Origin: Paragordius varius
Lineage: Eukaryota > Animalia > Nematomorpha
NCBI GenBank assembly: GCA_964247055.1
Contig: OZ176054.1
Span: 7,006,001-7,070,000 of the forward strand
Reading direction: 5' to 3'
DNA: 64,000 nucleotides
Numbering within the stretch: the stretch's first letter is position 1; every line of letters begins with the position of its first letter. Of this stretch, positions 11,091-21,322 are shown piece after piece. A program made the translations under genes and the position numbers. The notes below the pieces were generated by a model that was given only the letters and a program-made list of their open reading frames with translations, had not been told where the DNA came from and made no database searches.

Positions 11091-12425
11091 TCTATATATT
11101 TATAAAAATGGAAAATGCTGGCTTTGTGATCTGGTACAGGAAAACCGGTAGACCCAATCAAATCCAAATATCGAAAAAATATAATCATTAATAAATGTCC
11201 CGACAATAGCTTCGCCCTTTTTTTGAAATAGGCTCCCAGTTCGGGCCCACCCCGTATGAAAAACGGGTTTTTTTTGAAAACAGAAGTCCACAAAATCGTG
11301 TTTTTGAGACAATTTTCCAGAGAACGTGTTGGACCATTCAATTTTAAATATAATTTTTGTTTACTTATTTTCGATTGCGCCGAACATAGTCGAGCCACTT
11401 TTTTGATTTAGGCCCTCTTTTTACCCGCTCCCCCCGTAAAATGCCATTTTTTTCAAAAAAAAAAACAAAGTCCACAAAAATATTTTTTTGATTGTATTTT
11501 TTTTGCCCACGGTATGAGACTGTAAAAATTCGAGAAAGATTTTTCGTATTGCCTGTTAAAAGGCAAAAATTTTAGTCAAGCGTTTCTTTGATGATAGATG
11601 CTGAGTAAGGGGTATCTATCATATGCATAGCATGTTAAAAGATATATGGATATTAATACATTATTTGATTTAGGCCCTCTTTTTACCCGCTCCCCCCGTA
11701 AAATGCCATTTTTTTCAAAAAACAAAGTCCACAAAAATAATTTTTTAAATCGATTTTTCGTCCTAGGTATGAGACCTTAAAAATTCAATAAAGATTCCAC
11801 GTATTCCCTGTTAAAAGGCAAAAATTTTAGTCCACCGTTTATTTGATGATAGCTGCTAGGTAAGGAGCTACCCGCTAAAAACTGATTTTTCATATAACTT
11901 TGTGATCTGTTTCCGGAAAACCGGTGAACCCATTCAAATCCAAACATCAAAAAAATATAATCATTAATGAATGCCTCGACAATAGCGTCGCCCTTTTTTG
12001 GAATTAGGTCCCCAGTTAGGGCCCACCCCGTGTCAAAAATGGGTTAAGTCAATTTTTTGGAGAACGTGTTGGACCATTCAATTTCAAATATGATTTTTGT
12101 TTACTTATTTTATCGCGCTGAACATAGTCGACCCACTTTGATTTAGACCCTTTTTTTACCCGCTACCCCCGTAAAATGCCATTTTTATCAAAAAAAAACA
12201 AAGTCCACAAAAATAATTTTTTAAATCTATTTCTCCCCCAAGTAAACAATAAATTAGTATGAATGCACCGTTTTAAGATTCCTATGAAATCATAGCTATT
12301 AAATAATTTTTCGAAATAATCCACATATGTAGATCATTTTATTGTCCCTTTTTTCAAATAACCCCCTCCCCCCAGAAGTCCGAAGGACTTCCTCGGGCTG
12401 CGTAGCAGCACGAGATTTACGCTAG
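11091..12425 (+). mobile_element. Non-autonomous Helitron, copy C (mosaic)
   Basis: A|TCTATATATTTATAAAAATGG at 11091; hairpins plus CTAG|T ending at 12425; internal units shuffled relative to copies A/B; long 3' end shared with copies D/E. Confidence 0.88.
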
Positions 12426-13100
12426 TATATTATAAATATGTAGTGATTAACAAAAAACTTTAACACAAAAAACAGTAAAATAAACCAAGATTATAATGGT
12501 TTTAATTAATCAGTTATACATGGATAGTGTATTAAGGCATAATTAAATCGAAGATAAACAAATTTTGCGAGCATTCAATATTTCATAGAAATGCTAAAAA
12601 ACAAATTTAAAAAAATAGAAAAATTCAGTTATTATACATGAGCAAATTAACGGATTTAAAATTTAACCCCCTGTTTAGCCTAAGACTTTTTAAGTCCCCA
12701 TAAAAGTGTCTTTGAAAATTTCCAGAAAACGTAACATTATTCAAATCCAGTCATGTGGCCAGGTATTTTATTTTTAAATCGCGGAGTCATCGTTTTACCC
12801 CATTTAGATGAAACTGGAGCAAAAAATGGATCGGAATACGGATAGAGTTTTAAATTTTGTATTGGTTAAGAAAAGATTATTATTTTGCACAGATACATAA
12901 TTGGAAAATTTTCATTATTAAATATATGTGAAATAGTCATCTGCTTGTGTTGCTTTAATGTTTAATCTGTTTTCCAAAGCATTGACATAATATTTCCTAC
13001 CATTTTTTGTAAAAATAAAATGTTTTAGTTTTAAATTCTAAAATCAGTTCCCGACAACCGCCATCATTTACATTTATACACGCAAATGGAGATTTCGCTA

Positions 13101-13319
13101 ATATATATATATATATATATATATCAAGGTTTTGCAGTTAAATAAAATTTTTTTAATATTATTAAATTATAAAATCGCGCCTCTCTTTTATATCGATCAA
13201 TCACAAGTAAAGTAATTATTAAATTTAATTGTTAAATGATAAATTTACATATAATGTTGAATTTATTATTTCTTATATATATATATTTACATTATATATA
13301 TATATATATATATATATAT
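13101..13319. repeat. (TA)n microsatellites (13101-13124, 13293-13319); similar tracts at 17820-17840, 19959-19983, 20510-20534, 26628-26660, 44826-44851, 57059-57074
   Basis: Direct reading of alternating TA runs. Confidence 0.95.
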
Positions 13320-13404
13320 TTGCAATCCTTTTTAAAATTGACCAATCAGTAATTGCAAATTCCGTCTAAATCATATCGCTGAGAATTTTAGTATTCGGGA
13401 AAAC

Positions 13405-16400
13405 TTATATTTCTTGTAGCCAATGTGTGAGACACGTAACAAATGTTTTAACAGTTTCGTGTTTAGAAATATTATCCAAGTTTTCGCAAAATTGATTCAA
13501 ATTATCAAGAAATTTTTTGGCATTCGTATGTATAAAGGATGTGTTAGAGTTTCGTTTCTCCAATTTAGGCGCTTTGAAATGTTCAATAAACGCCTTGTTA
13601 TAAAAATTTAAATCTGAAGATAAAATATTTGTTTCATTTTTTATATCTGAACCCATATAGTCTGGATTAAAAAGACATTCATATATAAAGGACCGATACA
13701 TGGGCAACATTTGGACTGATGTAGAAAGAGCAGATAGAATAAGGTCCCTTATTACCTATTTAATAAAACAATGGAATATAAATTTTTATAAAAAATCATT
13801 GGAATATAATTAGATAAAAATATTTAAGTAAATAATGTATGGATAATTTGTAATAACAGTTTTTAACAACGAAACTAGTGTGCGATTACTATCGACGAAA
13901 GGTTTCACCTATCATTTAGTATTTTCAAGGTAATAAACTTCAATTTAATCTTCATATAATTTTCAGTTAAATTTTCGTTTATATTAATTATTTTCACGAA
14001 TTTAACCACTATTACAAAATGATATATTTAATTTTTACAGACAAAAATTAAAATTTACATCTAGAAATGTATTTAATCAAGTCAAACCTGGTCAGACTTT
14101 GAGAATTCTATCGTGGCATATATATATTCTTGTATCCACTTAAATAGCAAAATGTATGCTATAATGAAGGGCTGATGCTTAGGAAACCAGACATTTTTTG
14201 TATTAATTAAGTTCATATCATTTTTATCCATATTATTATCAATGTTATTTGGTAAAGTATACTTTTTATCGAAATTGTAACATGCGCTGCTTTGTAGAAC
14301 TAATGTGACAAATTTTTTCAAGCATATTGATTTTGGATCACTTTTATTAGCCAAACTTCTATCCATATGACGAAGTAAGTGTGTCAAAACTGTTGTAATA
14401 AGGGCATTTGAATCTAAAATAATAAAAAGGACGCCATTTTATTGGAAATTTAATTTAAATAAAATTTAATTAATTTGGATACCTTAAAAATAGAGAGCTA
14501 AATCAATTAGGCTTTTGTTGTACGATTTCAAAAATATATTACGTATGTAATATCCTAATCACTAACTTTAAGCATAAAAAACATTCATCTATTAAAATAT
14601 TAATTAATTTAAATCGATATCAATTACCCATAACATTTATAGAGATATGATCAGTATTTGAAGCAGTTGGATGACAAAATATGGCTTTTAGAATTTGTGA
14701 CATAATCCCAATATTTTTTTTGTCCAAAAATAAGGAATGCTTTATTTCCCTGTCGCTGTCCTGCTCTAGGATTTGAATTATATCCAAACAATGTTTTGAC
14801 AAAGTCATGTTTGTTGAGGTAGATGGAAATATATCATTGGATAATTTTAAATCTGAAAATTGATATAATTGTGCCAAATTTTGGTTACAAAGTTCTTGCA
14901 ATAGTTCTAATTCGAGTTTTTGAATTGACGACGAATTCTAAGAAAAAGATATCATATAATAATATACGCTAATAAAGAAGGATGATAAAAATTAAGTAAT
15001 TTTTTGAAAAATAAATAAATTCTGATGGATATATATACAAAATAAAATTTAATATAATATTTCTGGATTGCCAAAAAATCATAAATGATATGTAACAATC
15101 ACAAGAAAACCCAATTTTACCGTTTGCGTGGAATTATGTTGAGAGAAAATGTTAGTGGTAAGATTCTGAAAACATGCATATTTATGCAAATCCAACCATT
15201 TTTTAGTTCTATTTAATGTCTGATTCGATGGTACAACAGTGAAATTATATTTTGAACTTAAATATGTGAGATTATGGATCCACAAGTAGAGTATTTCACT
15301 GGAATCAATGAAATATTGAATAATATGAGGTTCCCGTTTTTTAAACTCTGATTTTTCTTCCAAAATCAAAGGAATAATCCATAAATGAGCAATGTTATAT
15401 ACGATATTATTCAAGGTGGTAAGATTAAGCCGTAAAAAATCGCAAAGATTTGCATCTTTTTGTGATGTTTGTTCTTGATTTTCATAAATATTTAAAGTGT
15501 TGGTTTTTATGAAATTCGAAATATGTTTTCCAAGTGGGTTATTATTCGTTAACAAATATGTTAGGAAGATGTGTGATATTAATTTTATAATATTTCCACA
15601 TAATTGGGTAATGTCATTGAAAAAGTTTAAAGGATCAGTAATATTTTGTTCAGAACGATTGGCAGCATAATGATCATGTGTGGTAATGCCGAATTTCATT
15701 ACATATTTGCGGACTAAAAATAGAATTAAATTTTAAAACTTGTGAGTATAATATGCTTAAAATAGATTGTAAACATTTATATTTAGATAAAATTGATAAA
15801 TATTAAAAAAACTCCATACACATGATAAATACTGTTATTTACAGTAATTTTTACTGCTTTTTAATTAATTTAAAAATAAACCATTGCATTGGTTATAAGA
15901 ACCCTAGTTTATATTATGAATGCTTTACCGTTTTTAACATAAAGTTCAAATGATATAGGCTTGGTATACATTGGATAATTTAATGCTTTTTGTATTGACT
16001 GGAAAACACTTGATAGGTAACTCAAAAACTTCTGGAAAATTAAAAAAATTTGATAATTTTTTGAGTGTTTCAACCAATTTTCAAATAATTTAAGCATAAT
16101 GTGTAGAAGTTTAACATAATTTCCCAAATTCTTTAGATCAGCACCATTTAACATATTGATGGCAATGATGTTCATTTGAGTTATTAATGATTCAGAATTT
16201 TCTATATTGTAGCTTGCATTATTTACAATCTTACATAAAGACTCAAACCATTTACCAAAAGGATGCTCCGATAAATTCTACAGTTATATTGATATATACT
16301 TCTAATAAAATATTTATATCGTTGGTATTTGAGCGATTACGAGCCTTGTGATAATCATAATTATCATTTGATTTTTGTATAACAGTAAGTTTTTTGGCTT

Positions 16401-16497
16401 TAATAACTGGCTTGGTCACATTTCCTTTAAGTAGTTTTTTACCAACACGCAATTTAACTTTTTGAAAATCGCAATTTTTCTTTTTGGATTTTGCCAT
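13405..16497 (-). CDS. TEX10: TEX10/Ipi1-like Rix1-complex subunit (pre-60S processing), ~708 aa, 6 exons
   Basis: N-terminus MAKSKKKNCDFQKVKLRVGKK matches the TEX10/Ipi1 signature DFQKVKLKVGKK. Phase-consistent GT-AG exons: 16497-16300, 16277-15929, 15713-15121, 14937-14628, 14413-14088, 13755-13405. C-terminal half too diverged to confirm by eye. Confidence 0.75.
13864..13915 (+). repeat. 5'-truncated copy of the hammerhead-like dispersed repeat (in a TEX10 intron, antisense)
   Basis: AACAACGAAACTAGTGTGCGATTACTATCGACGAAAGGTTTCAC matches 59982-60030; keeps GAAA but has G at the cleavage position. Confidence 0.7.
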
Positions 16498-16559
16498 CTG
16501 ACAAGTGGTATAGTGAGATGACAAATAACTAGCTGTTCAACTAATATTTTTGTAAAGGC

Positions 16560-16890
16560 GTTTTTTTTATAATTTAACACTTGCATACAACACATTCCTA
16601 TCAGTGCTTCGATTAAAATTGGGGTAGTTGGATACCCCAGACGTGGTTAAAATTAATTTCTTTACAAAACATGGAAGGAATCGAAACCATGGCAAAACTT
16701 TGCACTTATATAACATTAATAAACCGAAATATATAAAATATTTTATTCAAAATACTTGATATTTTTTATTTTAGGCTAAAACCGAAAGGTAAAAATTTCA
16801 TTAACGTGACATGTGTAAAATGGTAAAATTAAAAAATAAATGTTTGATGTAATTTATATAGGAAATTAGCTTTAATTTTACCCTTTATAT
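16560..16890 (+). repeat. Dispersed AT-rich repeat family R1 (TGGGGTA-N6-TACCCCA hairpin core)
   Basis: TTCGATTAAAATTGGGGTAGTTGGATACCCCAG...ATGGAAGGAATCGAAACCATGGCAAAA...CACTTATATAACATTAATAAACC recurs at 48125-48530, 48860-49200 (+) and 40225-40770, 46670-47115, 47590-47790 (-). Confidence 0.8.
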
Positions 16891-16926
16891 TAAATAAAGA
16901 CGATTTTTTGCAAAAATTTTGTAGAG

Positions 16927-17781
16927 GATCCTGCCAGTAGTCATATGCTTGTCTCAAAGATTAAGCCATGCATATCTAAGTGTAAACTTACTCAAAGTGA
17001 AACCGCGAACGGCTCATTAAATCAGTTATGGTTTATTAGATTGTTAATTACATGGATAACTGTGGTAATTCTAGAGCTAATACATTCTAAAACATCGAAT
17101 CGTATGGTTCGATAGCTTTATTAGAACAAAAATAACCGCTTTTGGTGACTCTGGATAACTTTTTGCCGATCGCATGGTCTTGTACCGGCGACGTATCTTT
17201 CAAATAGCCTTATCAACTCTCGATGGTAGGTTATATGCCTACCATGGTCGTAACGGGTAACGGAAAATTAGGGTTCGATTCCGGAAAGGGAGCCTGAGAA
17301 ACGGCTACCACATCCAAGGAAGGCAGCAGGCCCCCAAATTACCCACTCCCAGTTCGAGGAGGTAGTGACGATAAATAACAATGCAGGTCTCTTATGAGAA
17401 CCTGTAATTGGAATGAGATCACTTTAAATTGTTTAACGAGGATCCATTGGAGGGCAAGTCTGGTGTCAGCAGCCGCGGTAATTCCAGCTCCTAAAGCGTA
17501 TATTAAAGTTGTTGCAGTTAAAAAGCTCGTAGTTGGATCTCGGGTAACGGGAAGAAGCCCGTTTAGCTGCGATCGTTTTCTTGTCCGACCTAAAATCCGT
17601 CCTGTCTTAGGTGCTCTTCACTGGGTGTCTTTAGTTAAAAAACGAAACGTTTACTTTGAAAAAATTAGAGTGCTCAAAGCAGGCTCGATGCCTCGAATAT
17701 CTGTGCATGGAATAATGGAATAGGACTTCGGTTCTATTTTGTTGGTTTTCGGAATCCGAGGTAATGATTAAGAGGAACGGA
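16927..17781 (+). rRNA. Orphan 5' half of an 18S rRNA gene (probable pseudogene)
   Basis: Begins GATCCTGCCAGTAGTCATATGCTTGTCTCAAAGATTAAGCC (lacks the first ~9 nt), contains CAGCAGCCGCGGTAATTCCAGC, stops abruptly after GGTAATGATTAAGAGG; no ETS/ITS/5.8S/28S nearby; substitutions at normally invariant sites (e.g. GTGTCAGCAGCC at 17466, GGCCCCCAAATT at ~17331). Confidence 0.95.
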
Positions 17782-18309
17782 TCGTTTATTTTCAAATTTT
17801 GGTAAATACTTTTTTGCAGTATATATATATATATATATATTATATTTTTTCTGTACCATATTTACATGTGTAAACTAAGTAACAGTCACCAATTATAAAA
17901 ATTACATTGGCAAATTATGCTTAATAACTTGTGCATGAATCAGGCACATTAAGTATTCATAAGGTGCAATAGAGGGTATACAATAGTTTTTTTTTCAAAT
18001 ACTATGTTTGCCTTTAAACTAAAGTTGCGTATATAATCATTTGATATGCATAGTATACTACGTTTATATAATATACCTACTTTTCCGAATCTAAACCGAT
18101 CGTCTGCTTTTCTGACTCTAAGCGAATATCTGGTTTCTGGTTATTTTTCAATTGCTTATCCTTAATTTAGACCTTCGTCGCTTTACTTTTCCTTTCATCT
18201 GTTTTAAACATCCACCACTTCCAGATTATCCGATATCCTCGTTGAAATAATAAGGTCATTTGTTTGGCCTACCTTACTTCGTCATCCCGACCTCCTATGC
18301 GACGTCGGT

Positions 18310-19770
18310 TAGCCGTAATTCATCCGCACGCATGTTTGCGTAAGGTTCTAACACCATTTACTGTATATGAGAGTACCCCCGTTTTTCCACGATTTTACCT
18401 TTCTCCATTCCGGAATGCTTTAAGTTAGGTCCACTTTTAATCCGATGGGAATTTATTGGGTAGGATATCGCATCTAATTGTTGCGAGTATGTTCCTATAA
18501 TACATGAAAATGTAAAATAGTTCTTTTTACGGATAAATTATATGGACTTTTTGGGGCCCTATACATGCGGACTGATAATCCTATAGAACTTGATAATGGC
18601 TGTGGGCGACTTAGAATCACGTATGTAATGTGCTTTGATAAGGAAATAACACGTTAAACCAATCCGCAATGGTAGGGACCACTGATAAAATGTTTAATAT
18701 TTTCCGGTTGTAACGTTCCTTCAAAATTTTATAATGAAAAATATGAAGATTATCGGTAGCTCGTATGGGGGGAAACCCATGCCTTACACACCGAATTTCT
18801 ATTCAAATCACCGTATTTTCAGATAATTACATCTTAATAACTAAATTAAAGCTATCTTGAGAGCTATCGATAGCCACCAACCAATAAAAACGTCCATGCG
18901 ATCGGCATCTAGGTGTACACGCTCCCAATCACCCGTATTGAATTTCCATTTGTAAGGGTTGCAAATGTTACTTTGGTTTAACTGACATGCAAAAATATTC
19001 ATAACTCTTAATGTCTTGGTTTATGCTTGACCAAAATCACCATCTTTGCACACTTATGCATTATTGATTGGGTTTTAAGTACTATCGGCTTTTAATGAAA
19101 ATTTTATATTTCCTTTTATATACAGTTAAAAATGCCGTCCGCAACGCATTTTGATAGGCACCGCTAATTTTAAAGAAACACCAATCACTCTATTTTGATA
19201 TTATTTTAGTTTCGATCATTTACCATCTTATTCGCAAAGATTTGAACGACTGATTGGTGGAAATCATGTATTTAGGTTCATTCTTCCCAAAAAGCCCCTA
19301 CTTGGATTCCGTAAACTGATTTTCGCTAATTTATTTAAAATATGAGCTCGAACAGGCAAAATGTTTTCAGCATATTTATATAATCAGGCAAAATATCCAA
19401 ATTTCAGTTTTAAATGCGCTTTTATATAAAACTCTTCGCCAAGCCTAGTCAAGCCTCCGAGTTAGACGAAACGTTAATTTGTGAATCAGCCTAATCATTT
19501 TTTGATTTCAGCTCGACTATAAACGTCCTTCCTAAGAATGTGTATCCTTGTTTAATTAATATTTTGTCGTATGTTTTATAAAAAACGAAAAATGGCTTGG
19601 ATTCATGTTTTTGCAGCGGTAATTTTATAGGGATCTGGTTTAATTAGAGGAAATTTTAAGTGCGGGCTGTGCTCGGTGCATTCATAAAGAATATATATTC
19701 CTAAAAATCAACTTAGCCGTTTTCCGGGAAATTTCTACAAAGACATGATTTTCAGGGGCTTGCGTTAATC
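18310..19770 (-). mobile_element. Decayed Ty3/Gypsy LTR-retrotransposon pol remnant (RNase H + integrase)
   Basis: Manual minus-strand translation with stops/frameshifts: CTEHSP (~TDHKP), GLTRL (~ADALSRL), WSSINQDIK..ACQLNQS (H2C2 Zn region), WERVHLD (18908-18927), FYWLVAIDS, HGFP...TDN, IKHFISGPYH, YRIISPH, RADELRL. No LTRs recognised; absent from the ORF track. Confidence 0.78.
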
Positions 19771-21322
19771 CAAAATGTTCGGAATTAACCATTATGCTTA
19801 CATTCTTTCCTAAAAATTAGCTTCAAAAACAACATTTCCCAGTTTAATAAATATATGGATTTAAATTATTGTAAAAAAGTTAGTCTTTTTAATATATGCC
19901 TTTAATAATTAAAAACAGGTCAACAAACGGTGCGCTAAATGCAAATTTAAATGAATTTATATATATATATATATATATATATAGATTGAGTGTTTAGTTT
20001 ATTTTTAACAAAATTTAATTTAAAAAGCCTATGCCACAACAAAATTTTGGCATTTGCTCTTAAACGTACTCATTGGAATAACAGTTATAATCTTAAAAGT
20101 AATTAAAAAAATTAAACTAAAAAATAGATATTATTTATCTTTTTAGCATCCAAAATATTTTTGTAGCAACTTTAAATCAATTATATAGTAATATTCTTTT
20201 TAATAATTTTCCGTTAGCGTCCCTTTTTTGTTTTGCACTTATTTTAAGTTTTTTTATACGAGAATAAAATATCTAAATTAAGTATTAAAGGGATCCAAGA
20301 GGCTATCATATCATAGCTCATCTTTATTTTTGCGTAATATCTTATCAAAATTATATGCATTCTACCAATTTTTACAGGTACACTGGAATATAATTTTATT
20401 ATAATAGAAAAAAATAATAAATATCCCTCTTGCCTTTTTGCCATAAATATATATTATAATAATAATAAAAAAAAACAGGTATAATATTTTTTTTGTAAAG
20501 GTATATACTAGATATATATATATATATATATATAGGTTTTAGAAAATATAAACGAGTGGCAAAGCTCACCAGTATTTTATTGTGTGTGTCTTTCGCTTTC
20601 TTTCTCAATATTTGATTTTTATTGTTAAAAGTAGATACTACCTGTATTTTTTCTTGATTTTTTTTTCATTACAAAATGAAAGTATCCATTTTTAAAAAAA
20701 TCACTACTTATTGTTATATGGATGGAATATTTTATGTTTAGGCGTTTTTTTAATATCAAAATCACTTTTTATTTTTAATTTTTGGTTGGGATATCAGTTT
20801 ATTAACACGAAATGAATCTTCTGAAAACGCTGATGAAAAGATCACTTTGTTAAAATAATTATCGTATTATATTCCTGACAGAGTTAACACAATTTTTATC
20901 GACACACACAAAAAATATATATTTAATGAAGCAAAACAACGAATTTACAATCTGTAATTGTGGAATGAAATTACACACAGTTAGTTGTTAAAATATGAGT
21001 AATTCATCTATCTATATTCATTCAAAGTATATATATATATGTCACATGAAAGCTAATCTATATCTAAAATCTAGTATTTACCTATAATTGTTCATCTAAA
21101 ACATATAATGATAATAAAAATAATATATTTATACCTATAATATGAAATCACAATCATTAACTATTCTTCCTTTCTGTCTATGAGAAATTTATATATATAT
21201 ATATTAACCTAAAATGATTTTAAATAAAAATTCATGAGGATATTTCGGCATTCAAAGGATATTTTATCACTGTGCGATTTTTGGCACACCTTAATTCAGA
21301 AAGAGGAGATTTAATCCTTATC

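Noticed and set aside
17394-17723. 109-aa ORF
   Set aside because: Chance frame inside the 18S rRNA fragment.
16497-17781. Functional link between ribosome-biogenesis gene TEX10 and the adjacent 18S fragment
   Set aside because: TEX10/Ipi1 acts on pre-60S/ITS2, the fragment is a damaged SSU orphan; adjacency is most simply chance.
16927-17781. Assigning the organism (e.g. a horsehair worm or other ecdysozoan) from the 18S fragment and base composition
   Set aside because: Plausible impression only; cannot be supported without a database comparison.
20830-20860. CTGATGA followed by a 4-bp stem (and CTGATGA at 33513)
   Set aside because: No GAAA in the right position or no stem II; not hammerheads.
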